From the NCBI GenBank assembly GCA_002699515.1, contig PAAW01000001.1, forward strand, positions 1-49,220: a stretch of DNA of 49,220 nucleotides, given 5' to 3'. Below the pieces are notes generated by a model. That model had not been told where the DNA came from. It saw only the letters and a program-made list of their open reading frames with translations, and ran no database searches. This document shows, one piece after another, positions 40,644 to 49,220 of the stretch. A program made the translations under genes and the position numbers. The DNA is from Methanobacteriota archaeon (GTDB lineage Archaea; Thermoplasmatota; Poseidoniia; Poseidoniales; Poseidoniaceae). The number at the start of each line of letters is the position of its first letter. Position 1 is the first letter of the stretch.

Positions 40644-41387
40644 TCAATAATCGCTTAAACGATACTGACTTGTAATTCCTCTGTCTATATTATTAAAATC
40701 TCTTTTTGGAACTTTTGTGCCTTTTTCTTTTTCCCAATGATTACGAATACTTGCCCAGTTCCATCTAAGGCAATCATTGGGCACATCTCCCTTGCATAAT
40801 TCATAGAGTGCTTTTTTACTAGTTGGATCAGAGGGATATCCTGAACCTATATTTATACCTACATTTTTCCCTATTTCTTTGATGATGTTATCTCGAGTTA
40901 CTTTGGCAATAATGCTCGCGGCACCAACGGATCTATGAATGTGGTCTGCTCCATGAATACTGATTAATTCCCAAGAGTTCCAAGGCCATTTATTTACAAG
41001 GTTAGTTACTCTTTCTCCAAACCGTTCTTGATTTACATCACAAGCATCAAGAATCAATTTTCCTTTGCCTGAAAAATCAATTTCTAGGTTATTTATCGAA
41101 TTAGCAAATAATTCTGTTTCAAGAATATTTAGATTACTAGATTCCATGGCAAAATCAATATTTATAGGATTACAAATCGTAATATGTTTGACCCATCCTC
41201 TTTTTTCAATGAATTTTTCAATTTGCTTAAAAGCTATGTCTCTTTTCTTTGGACTCAATTTCTTTGAATCTGTAATGTTATTCTCCTCAAGTAATTTCAG
41301 GTCCTTTTTAGGAATTGCCATTGCTGCAACAACTAATGGTCCAATCATTGGACCTCTGCCTGCTTCATCAACGCCTATGTGGTACAT
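40644..41387 (-). CDS. rnhB: Ribonuclease HII
   Basis: GVDEAGRGPMIGPLV, DSKKL, DACD, VGAASIIAKVTRD, GSGYPSDP. Confidence 0.96.
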   Translation of the reverse strand: MYHIGVDEAGRGPMIGPLVVAAMAIPKKDLKLLEENNITDSKKLSPKKRDIAFKQIEKFIEKRGWVKHITICNPINIDFAMESSNLNILETELFANSINNLEIDFSGKGKLILDACDVNQERFGERVTNLVNKWPWNSWELISIHGADHIHRSVGAASIIAKVTRDNIIKEIGKNVGINIGSGYPSDPTSKKALYELCKGDVPNDCLRWNWASIRNHWEKEKGTKVPKRDFNNIDRGITSQYRLSDY

Positions 41388-41395
41388 TTTTTCAC

Positions 41396-43402
41396 CTAGT
41401 AATCATATTCATCATCTATATTGATGTCATCTAATAAATCGTCAATCAATTTACTTTCTTGCTTTTGATTAATTTTGTTGATTTTTTCATTTGCATTTTT
41501 TAGGACTTCTTTTCCAGGCATAGGTGTATTTTCAATATTTTTATGTCCTGATTTCTCAGAAAATATTTGTTTAAACTCATTTTTGTTCATTGTTGGTGAA
41601 TTCGGAATTATCTCTTGATTTTTTTTATTGTGGAAGGTAGACATCCAATCATTATCTTTGGTACTTGGATTATTTGGAACTACGTGGTTTCTTTGTGCTC
41701 TGATTTTTAGCGCATTATAAATCATGATTGATGAAATAATTACGGCTAATAAAGAGTATCCATACGCATTAAATATATTTTTAAGGCTATTAAAATTAGA
41801 TTTGCTACTACTCTCTTCAATTTGATTATTCTCAAATCCAGTTCCAATAGTTGTCAAAAATTCTTTCCATGTATTTTCAAAGGAATTAGAATATGTGTAT
41901 ACTGTTACAGAAATCCATACGGTTTCATTTTCAATATTTGAGGGAGGAATGTCCATCCATCCTGTTATGTTTAAATTTTCATGTGGTTCTAATTCCAATA
42001 GATCAAAGCCTCTTATTCTTGTAGAATTAAGATCATATGTTGCATTTTCTGGAAGTAATAGCCCATGATTTCCTTCGTGACTAACACTTATGCTCACTGC
42101 AAAACTTTCTGGAACATTTCCTTTGTTTTGTAAATTTGTTGAGATGAATAATTTTTCTTCATCTATCCATGAATTTGAGCTTAAATTATATTCGATTTCA
42201 AAATATTCGCCAATCGTGATGTTTAGTTCAATTGAATCAATTATTGTTGAATTTTCCCACTTGTAATTGCATATGATGGGAATTAATGCACCCGCAGTCA
42301 CTTCAGATTTCAAGTAATTTAATTTAAGCTCAAATTCTATATTTCGGAATTCATATGGATTTAAAAACTCATTAGTTTGCTTATATTCAGTTAGTTGAAT
42401 TTCATTTGAAGGATTTGTGTTGTTGAAAGAGATAATATCTGAATTTAAAATACAATTAGTTTCTTGTATTTTTTCTCTATAATTTCCAGTATTTGTTATT
42501 TGCAAATTTAATTTACAGGATTCACTCAAGATTATATATTCACAATTAATATTTGTAAGCATTATCTCTGAACTTTTTGTTGTAAGTATGGATGTATTCA
42601 AGTAAATATCCTCTGAAATACCACCCATGTTTGAATTAATACGTAATAATAATGGTAAATTACTATTGGATGAATATGGTGAATTTAGTGTAATTTTGAA
42701 AATGTTACTTTCATTTGGACCTAGAGATAATGCTTCTACCCATCCTGAGAGGGTGGCATTCCACCCATTTATGGCAAATCGGTTTGTTTCGTTAGTGATT
42801 ATTATATTTCCCTCAGTATCTATTGGTAATATTTGAGAATTGAATTGTGTTTCTATATTTCCAGAATTTCTTATTTTAATTTCATGAATTATCGTCCCAG
42901 AAGGTTCAATATATGGTTTTTCAGATATTTCATCGATTGAGAGAGAATATTTTGGTAAAATTGAAATTGCATACTCCCAGAATTTCATTGCACCAGATAA
43001 ATTTGAAACTTTAATTTTGAAAGGATATTCAATTCCAGATAGAGGCAATCCATTTTCAATTTCAGGAATGAATATTTTTGTTGTTATATTTATTGATTCA
43101 TTGGCTTCTAAATTAAAAGAATCTTGATTGGAAAGCTCTTCATTTTTTATTTCAAATATACTCTCGTTAATCCCCCAGATTGACTCACCAATTATTTCTA
43201 TGGATATATTTTGTGAATGAAGTGCAGTACTATTTATTCCAAGCCCAAATTGAAACCATTGATTGCTTGGAACTAAGAATCTGATTTGACCCGCATTTTC
43301 CCATTCAATTTTTATTTCTTCAATATTATTTTCTGCAGGAATTGTTGTTGGAAGAAGTCCTACAAGTAGTATCGATACTACAACGATTGAAAATCGGCCC
43401 AC
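41396..43402 (-). CDS. Surface protein with Ig-like (NxGN-type) repeats and a C-terminal TM
   Basis: Signal peptide; IRNSGN, ITNTGN, LQNKGN repeats; TM YGYSLLAVIISSIMIYNAL; GTG start with SD GGGAG. Confidence 0.75.
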   Translation of the reverse strand: MGRFSIVVVSILLVGLLPTTIPAENNIEEIKIEWENAGQIRFLVPSNQWFQFGLGINSTALHSQNISIEIIGESIWGINESIFEIKNEELSNQDSFNLEANESINITTKIFIPEIENGLPLSGIEYPFKIKVSNLSGAMKFWEYAISILPKYSLSIDEISEKPYIEPSGTIIHEIKIRNSGNIETQFNSQILPIDTEGNIIITNETNRFAINGWNATLSGWVEALSLGPNESNIFKITLNSPYSSNSNLPLLLRINSNMGGISEDIYLNTSILTTKSSEIMLTNINCEYIILSESCKLNLQITNTGNYREKIQETNCILNSDIISFNNTNPSNEIQLTEYKQTNEFLNPYEFRNIEFELKLNYLKSEVTAGALIPIICNYKWENSTIIDSIELNITIGEYFEIEYNLSSNSWIDEEKLFISTNLQNKGNVPESFAVSISVSHEGNHGLLLPENATYDLNSTRIRGFDLLELEPHENLNITGWMDIPPSNIENETVWISVTVYTYSNSFENTWKEFLTTIGTGFENNQIEESSSKSNFNSLKNIFNAYGYSLLAVIISSIMIYNALKIRAQRNHVVPNNPSTKDNDWMSTFHNKKNQEIIPNSPTMNKNEFKQIFSEKSGHKNIENTPMPGKEVLKNANEKINKINQKQESKLIDDLLDDINIDDEYDY

Positions 43403-43447
43403 ATGCTCCCTAGGGATATTTACTCTAAACCACTTTTCACTGAAAGT

Positions 43448-45208
43448 TCAATGAACAGGGTCTTGTACAAGCCCCATTAAGATGTCAAGATATAATTCTG
43501 TGCCATGTATTGGTACATTTAGGTCAAAGTTTTTAGAAATATGAGGGTCTATTTCGCCAATTTCGCCAATTTTCATTCCAGACACATAAATTTCAGCGCC
43601 TCTCCCTTTTAGCCAGGGTCCATGGCCTTCCGAAGTTTCCTTTAATTCGTAAATTATGCCAAATTTATCAAGTGCCATATCTCTCATTATTGCTTGTAGC
43701 ATTCCTCTTCCTTCAGCAAAGCCACCAGTAGGTGAAGCAATTAGCCAAGATGCATGAGTTTCATTTGAATGGTTTCTAACTACTTCTCCTAATTCATAGA
43801 CTCTTTGTGGTAATTCATTGTGTTTGTTAGCACTCAATAATCTAAGTAATCCTGGTAATAAATTAGTTCTTAGTAATGTGTGATCAACAGTAATTGGATT
43901 TGCTAAGGTTGTAGCAACTTCATGTTCATACCATCGAACATTTTTGAATTGATCATTTTCATTGGATAGTGTCAAACTAGTAATTTGCTGTAATCCTAAT
44001 CCTTGCAGGCATGTGGTAAAACGTCTTGTAAAATTAGAGGATTTTAATGCGGACCCTGCAAGAGGAGTCTTAGGTACGTCTGTACCTAAACTCTCATATC
44101 CATGCCCTATTGCAATTTCTTCTACGAGGTCTATAGGGTGTAGAATGTCAAATCTCCAACGAGGCATTTCAATCTCGATTATTTTATCTCCTACTATGAC
44201 GTCACTCATTTTCATTGCAATTTCTAAAGAATCTAATGGAGCATCTGTTATTCCAAGGAATCTTCCCCCCATTCTATTAATTGCATTTGATAAGTCTTCT
44301 TCCGTGAATTTTTTGCCAAGCATTGATTCTAATAGTCTGTCTGTTAATTCATGTTTTATAGGATTTCCATTGGGTGTTATGATTTTTTGATTATTGCAAT
44401 CATTAATTTCAACACTCTCCACTTTACCTCCTCTTGCTGCTAATTCTAAACAGACTAGTAAAAGGCTACATTCACATGCACGAGGATCCCACCCAGTAAC
44501 ATCAATAAAGAAATCTTTTGTTGAATTTTTAACTGTTGTATGATTTCCATTTATGATTGGAGGGAATGAAAGAACAGAATCATTTTGATCAATTATCATT
44601 GGATATTTATTCATGCCCTTTAATAGGTGTGCGTAATCTACTCCTTTTGGATGTTCTGATAATATTTTTTTAACACTTAAGTTTTCATTCATTGCTAATG
44701 GAATAAACTCAAAATCCTCATTAGTTGTGACAACTCTAAAATTAGGATTTAATTCTGAAAAATCATGCACTCCAATTGATGCTTTTGATCTTCTTTTCCC
44801 TAGGGAGAAATGTAATTTTTCTTGATGGTCCATAATAGTTTGAATAAATTCATTTATTTCATTTTCATTTTCGCCAGTATTTACATTTCTGACCACTGCA
44901 GCAAAAATTACAGGCCTTACATGTTTTAATGATTCATCAACATCTAAAGAAATACCGCTAGGTTCTATCTCAAGATTGGGAATTGCTTTTTGATTGTGAA
45001 GAAATGTTCTAGAAGCATGTGCCAAGGTTCCTGGTGATAGTAAGTCCGCTCTATCTGGAAAAATTTCTATTTCTATTTCCTTTTCATTATTCTCCTCAAC
45101 AGAGCAGCCAATATCTCCAATGTCATTTAGTAAATTTTTTGAATATTTAATTCCAAAACGAGATTGAATTTTTTCAAGGTCAGAATGGTTAAATTTTATA
45201 GTTGGCAT
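43448..45208 (-). CDS. pheT: Phenylalanine--tRNA ligase beta subunit (archaeal)
   Basis: MPTI, PDRADLLS, QEKLH, IGVHD, LSFPPIING, RFDILHPIDLVEEIAIGHGY, GEIGEIDP. Confidence 0.96.
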   Translation of the reverse strand: MPTIKFNHSDLEKIQSRFGIKYSKNLLNDIGDIGCSVEENNEKEIEIEIFPDRADLLSPGTLAHASRTFLHNQKAIPNLEIEPSGISLDVDESLKHVRPVIFAAVVRNVNTGENENEINEFIQTIMDHQEKLHFSLGKRRSKASIGVHDFSELNPNFRVVTTNEDFEFIPLAMNENLSVKKILSEHPKGVDYAHLLKGMNKYPMIIDQNDSVLSFPPIINGNHTTVKNSTKDFFIDVTGWDPRACECSLLLVCLELAARGGKVESVEINDCNNQKIITPNGNPIKHELTDRLLESMLGKKFTEEDLSNAINRMGGRFLGITDAPLDSLEIAMKMSDVIVGDKIIEIEMPRWRFDILHPIDLVEEIAIGHGYESLGTDVPKTPLAGSALKSSNFTRRFTTCLQGLGLQQITSLTLSNENDQFKNVRWYEHEVATTLANPITVDHTLLRTNLLPGLLRLLSANKHNELPQRVYELGEVVRNHSNETHASWLIASPTGGFAEGRGMLQAIMRDMALDKFGIIYELKETSEGHGPWLKGRGAEIYVSGMKIGEIGEIDPHISKNFDLNVPIHGTELYLDILMGLVQDPVH

Positions 45209-45217
45209 ATTAAATCC

Positions 45218-46762
45218 TCATTGACTAAACCACATCGGTAATGCTCTATCGTAACCTGCTAAGCGAATTCCGCTTAGGGCTGCTACTTGTTCGCTATTTG
45301 CTCGTAAATGTTTTCTTGCAATCTTTTCTACGCTATCGATGCCAAGTTCTTCAAGCCAGCCACGAAGTTCACTATGGATCGTAATTGAGTTCTTTTTAAT
45401 TTCATTTTCGCCTATTGAAATCACACCCGTTGCGCCACATCCTCTAGCAATCATAATATCTGCAGAAGATGCTAACCAAGGTATAGAAATAAATGTTGGA
45501 CATGTGGATTTATCTATTTTAGATTCTATAATCGACCGTCCTATTTTTGGAAGGCATGATGCAGCATGAAGTCCACTAGAATCTCTTAAATCTACAATTA
45601 CTCCTTGAATTAAGTGATTTTTACCACATGCATGTAGGCTGTTTACTCTCCCCAAACCATCTCTTAGAAGTATTGGAATAAGTCTTGAACTAATGGCTCT
45701 TATTGCAATTAGTAATCCATCTAGTACTTGTGGTGTCATTGCTGGCATTGATGCCAAATCAATTATGATGCCAGCTGCTTTCGGAATATCTGAATGTATT
45801 TTTTGAAAATTGTCTTGATTAATCATTAAAAAATCGGAATTGTTAGGTTTTGAAGTTACAATTGAACTAAAATCTTTAATTGATTTTGTTAATTCAAAAA
45901 TATGAGGGCAATTTAAACCAATACTTTCGATACTATCATCCAAACTTTCAATTTCATTGCCACCTAGTACTACAATCGTATCGAGTGTTTGTCCCTCAAC
46001 TAATCTTCTTTTATTTGGTTCTGGAACAATTCTAATTTCTGACCAATCTCCAATATGTGTTTTGGGCGGTTTTATTGACTCTATTTCTATGTCCTTATCT
46101 GCAACAATACAAATTACATCGTCTGAAATTTTTAATAAATCATCATCAAGATCCTCATTAAATGAATCTATTTCTTCTTTTGAAAGTGTAACTGTTTTTG
46201 CGCCTTCTCCAGGTTTAGGGCATCTTCCACTTACTAGTATTCTTCCGCCAGTCATTCTTGTTCCAATGGAATCCCCTACGTCTCCTACAACTAGTATTGT
46301 ACCTGCTTTCATTCCAGCACCTAGTTGAGAACCTGCATTTCCTCTAATGATTAACATCCCTCCCTTAAGTGATGAACCAGCAAATTTTCCGCAACCATCT
46401 CTTGCGATTATTTTCCCGTCAACCATTCCATGACCTAAGTGGTCACCAACCTTCCTTTCAATGACATGGTAACCTCCATTATTCCATGCCGCATGGAAAT
46501 CTCCTGCAGTTCCTTCAAGTGAAAAAGAACCACCTTGGCATAATATTGCATTCATTGATCCAAGATCACCTAAGATTCTAACTCGTCCTTTATCAGGCAA
46601 TGCTGGAGCTAAACCCATCTCTCCTTTTTTTGGAATTGGCTCACCATCTCTTGACCAACCAATCTTAATTGGCTTGTTCAATTCAATTCCTTGTTTGAGC
46701 ATTTTTCCTAAATCTCGGTTTAACTTCAAACTACGGACTACCTCTTCATGCATGTTGCCCAA
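45218..46762 (-). CDS. GXGXG (GltB C-terminal/FwdC-like) domain fused to a degenerate glutamate-synthase FMN-domain-like region
   Basis: Beta-helix repeats GTAGDF, VGDHLGHGM, CGKFAGSSL, GNAGSQLGAGM, GDVGDSIGTRMTGG; C-terminus LRGWLEELGIDSVEKIARKHLRA...AALSGIRLAGY. Confidence 0.65.
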   Translation of the reverse strand: MGNMHEEVVRSLKLNRDLGKMLKQGIELNKPIKIGWSRDGEPIPKKGEMGLAPALPDKGRVRILGDLGSMNAILCQGGSFSLEGTAGDFHAAWNNGGYHVIERKVGDHLGHGMVDGKIIARDGCGKFAGSSLKGGMLIIRGNAGSQLGAGMKAGTILVVGDVGDSIGTRMTGGRILVSGRCPKPGEGAKTVTLSKEEIDSFNEDLDDDLLKISDDVICIVADKDIEIESIKPPKTHIGDWSEIRIVPEPNKRRLVEGQTLDTIVVLGGNEIESLDDSIESIGLNCPHIFELTKSIKDFSSIVTSKPNNSDFLMINQDNFQKIHSDIPKAAGIIIDLASMPAMTPQVLDGLLIAIRAISSRLIPILLRDGLGRVNSLHACGKNHLIQGVIVDLRDSSGLHAASCLPKIGRSIIESKIDKSTCPTFISIPWLASSADIMIARGCGATGVISIGENEIKKNSITIHSELRGWLEELGIDSVEKIARKHLRANSEQVAALSGIRLAGYDRALPMWFSQ

Positions 46763-46886
46763 AACGTTACGGTAGACTATCGCACTTAAACCGACAGGTA
46801 ATTTTTAGCATATTTCTTCTAATTTAGTACTTAATTTAGATACGCATAATTTATTGATGGCCTTCTCTGAGGTCTATTTGAATCAG

Positions 46887-47933
46887 ATGACTATCAAGGT
46901 TGCAATTAATGGATTTGGAACAATAGGAAAAAGAGTAGCGGATGCGGTAGATGCTCAGGAAGATATGGAAATTGTTGGCGTAACAAAAACCAGTCCGTCT
47001 TTTGGGTGTCAATTAGCAGTTCGTAAAGGTTACCCCTTGTATTGTACCTTTGATGAAGAAGATAAAATTGCTGCATTTGCAGGTGCAGGTTATGTTTGTA
47101 AAGGAGGTTTATCTGAGTTATTATCCATCTGTGATGTGATTGTTGATTGCTCTCCTGGTAAGGTAGGTGCTGAAAATTTAGAAAAATATCAGAATGCAGG
47201 AGTAAAATCAATATTCCAAGGAGGGGAAAAACATGCACTTACAGGGAAATCTTATACTTCGAGTGCAAACCATATTGAAAACCTTGGAGTTAATTGTACT
47301 AGGGTTGTTTCTTGCAATACTACTGGACTGTCTAGGACCTTAGTTCCAATTTATGAATTAGTACAAGGAAAAGGTTCTATTTCAGTAAACTCAGTTATGA
47401 TTAGAAGGGCTGCAGACCCAGGAGATTCTTCCAAAGGGCCAATTAATGCAATTAAGCCTGTGTTGAAGGTGCCTAGTCATCATGGGCCAGATTTAATGAC
47501 TGTAAAACCAGAAATAGATATCACCAGTCTTGCAGTTGCAGTACCTACAACAATAATGCACTTACATGCGATAACTGTTAATTTGCCTTTAGGGCATGGA
47601 CTTTCGACTGAAAAAGTATTGGAAACATGGAAAAATACTCAACGTGTAATTGTGATGAATGGTACAAAAAATAAGATTACATCAACTGCAGAAGTTATGG
47701 AACTTGCAAGAGATATTGGAAGAAAATGGGGAGATTTACATGAGATTTTTGTATGGGAAGACGGAGTTAGTTTACAAGACAATACTTTGTATTATTTCCA
47801 AGCTATACATCAGGAAAGTGATGTTATACCTGAAAATGTGGATGCAATACGTGCAATGATGGAAACAGAAACGGATTGGAAGGCCTCTGTAGAAAAAACA
47901 GATAGGGCAATTTCAGCATATTATGGGATATGA
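46887..47933 (+). CDS. gap: Type II (archaeal) glyceraldehyde-3-phosphate dehydrogenase
   Basis: VAINGFGTIGKRVADAV, FQGGEK, RVVSCNTTGL, RRAADP, SHHGPD, QAIHQESDVIPENVDAIRAM. Likely start is ATG 46887. Confidence 0.96.
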   Translation: MTIKVAINGFGTIGKRVADAVDAQEDMEIVGVTKTSPSFGCQLAVRKGYPLYCTFDEEDKIAAFAGAGYVCKGGLSELLSICDVIVDCSPGKVGAENLEKYQNAGVKSIFQGGEKHALTGKSYTSSANHIENLGVNCTRVVSCNTTGLSRTLVPIYELVQGKGSISVNSVMIRRAADPGDSSKGPINAIKPVLKVPSHHGPDLMTVKPEIDITSLAVAVPTTIMHLHAITVNLPLGHGLSTEKVLETWKNTQRVIVMNGTKNKITSTAEVMELARDIGRKWGDLHEIFVWEDGVSLQDNTLYYFQAIHQESDVIPENVDAIRAMMETETDWKASVEKTDRAISAYYGI

Positions 47934-47992
47934 ATACATTACAACTACGACATAGCATCAAAAACTGAAACAAGTTCGGGGTCTTGTTTCGT

Positions 47993-49220
47993 ATGAATAG
48001 AAAGGCGATTTCAATACTGCTTTGTTTACTATTCTTTCTGCCTATTTATTCTGCAAGTAATGGATTAGATGAAGAGCAAATAGTTGATGGTTGGGCAATG
48101 GAATCATCTAAACATTGGCATAGTAGTTCCCCAATATTGTCCCAAGAAACCTCAATAAATCCATTAAATCCAAAAATCCCATCTCCATATGGTGAATTTG
48201 ATCCACTAACTCAAAAGTCTCCAGTGCCTAAATTAGATTTTGCTGATTCAGATACATTGGCAATTTTGCAATTAAACACAAATAATGGAGAATTAATTAA
48301 GGGATTAAGTGAGGAATATGAATTCATTCCTCTTGATAGGATTTCTACTAATGTTTGGATGATTAAAAAGACCTCCTCAACTGATCATTTTTCTAAATTA
48401 GAAAATGATCAGGAAGTTCGTTGGGTTAAGAATTTACCACTTGGTTGGAAATTACATCCGCTTTTGAGTATGGATGATACATTAAATTCGTTAACCTTGG
48501 TTACAGTATTATCTCCAGACATGAATGATATTAATTTAGAACAGTTGAAGTTCGAATTAGTTGAATCTGGAATGGAAGTAGTTTCTTGCGATCTTATGGA
48601 CTGTATTGTTAAATTAGGTAAGTTTCCAAATAAGAATTTAGGGACATTATTAATCGATAATCGTATTGTCTGGATAGAACCAAGTATCTCTTATGTTCTT
48701 ACAAATGCACAAGCAGGTGAGCAGTCTGGGATACAACCCTTATTGAATAATTGGAATTCTGGGTTAAATGGGAGTGGTGAAACAGTTTCTATTGTAGATA
48801 CTGGTTTGGATATGGATCATAGTGATTATGCTAATCAATTAATATCTGTTCCGAACGGTTTTGGCCTTGATAATAATCCCAGCGACTCAATTTCAGGGCA
48901 TGGGACTCATGTTACTGGCACTCTTTTGGGAGATGGAAGTGGAGAGTCGGAGGCGACTGGAATAGCACCTGCAGCCACTTTGTATATGTATCAATTAGAA
49001 AATAATCAGCAAGGAGTAATTGGGCGTATTGGTTCAATTTACAATTTGATGCAAGATGCCTATGACAGGGGTGCTAGGTTTCAATCTACTAGTTGGGTTT
49101 CAGAAAATGCAGGGGGCCAATATAATAGTGATAGCCAGAGTGTAGATAGATTTCTTTGGATTAATCGGGATTTCACTGCGATATATTCTGCAGGAAACAA
49201 TGGAAGTAACGGGATAAATA
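47993..49220 (+). CDS. Secreted S8 serine peptidase (3'-partial, absent from the ORF track)
   Basis: ATG 47993 MNRKAISILLCLLFFLPIYSA signal; in-frame GETVSIVDTGLD, SGHGTHVTGT, GIAPAA, SAGNNG; runs off the window end. Confidence 0.9.
   Translation, partial: MNRKAISILLCLLFFLPIYSASNGLDEEQIVDGWAMESSKHWHSSSPILSQETSINPLNPKIPSPYGEFDPLTQKSPVPKLDFADSDTLAILQLNTNNGELIKGLSEEYEFIPLDRISTNVWMIKKTSSTDHFSKLENDQEVRWVKNLPLGWKLHPLLSMDDTLNSLTLVTVLSPDMNDINLEQLKFELVESGMEVVSCDLMDCIVKLGKFPNKNLGTLLIDNRIVWIEPSISYVLTNAQAGEQSGIQPLLNNWNSGLNGSGETVSIVDTGLDMDHSDYANQLISVPNGFGLDNNPSDSISGHGTHVTGTLLGDGSGESEATGIAPAATLYMYQLENNQQGVIGRIGSIYNLMQDAYDRGARFQSTSWVSENAGGQYNSDSQSVDRFLWINRDFTAIYSAGNNGSNGIN

Noticed and set aside
41396-43402. 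Very AT-rich gene (also 30682..32727) as horizontally acquired
   Set aside because: Bias is explained by Asn/Ile-rich, fast-evolving surface proteins; no mobility signs, and it sits in an operon-like run between pheT and rnhB.
28944-46762. Class II amidotransferase plus GXGXG/FMN-like gene as a split glutamate synthase
   Set aside because: They are about 15.5 kb apart, the amidotransferase looks YafJ/EgtC-like, and the FMN-like half lacks Fe-S cysteines.
2738-47859. Many 60-180 aa ORFs antisense to or nested in long genes (e.g. 7721..8239, 25227..25772, 43962..44390, 45957..46328)
   Set aside because: They lie within well-supported genes, show no motifs, and look like codon-bias shadows.

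Overview
AT-rich, gene-dense archaeal chromosome segment. Archaeal-type uS15, GluRS, PheT, type II GAPDH, split GMP synthase B subunit, ArcS and a CCA-less tRNA-Asn, plus many large acidic secreted or membrane proteins and proteases, point to a marine Thermoplasmatota, most likely Marine Group II (Poseidoniales); this taxonomy is an inference. The left ~18 kb is a surface/accessory block: a beta-helix/Ig-like surface protein split by one in-frame TAG, a wHTH-STAND-TPR (NLR-like) ATPase, a YycJ/WalJ-like MBL hydrolase heading three type IV pilin-like genes (one apparently starting at CTG), a 1.9-kaa Ca-binding-repeat/propeller protein and a zincin lipoprotein. The rest is mostly housekeeping genes mixed with membrane proteins and two S8 peptidases. 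Other oddities: a pyroglutamyl peptidase-Nudix fusion, a GXGXG domain fused to a degenerate glutamate-synthase FMN domain, an apparently inactive DHH/RecJ-like gene after rps15, and a recurrent TTCA(T/A)A promoter-like box. No CRISPR array, rRNA, transposase or integrase was recognised. All calls come from reading motifs by eye; no searches were run.
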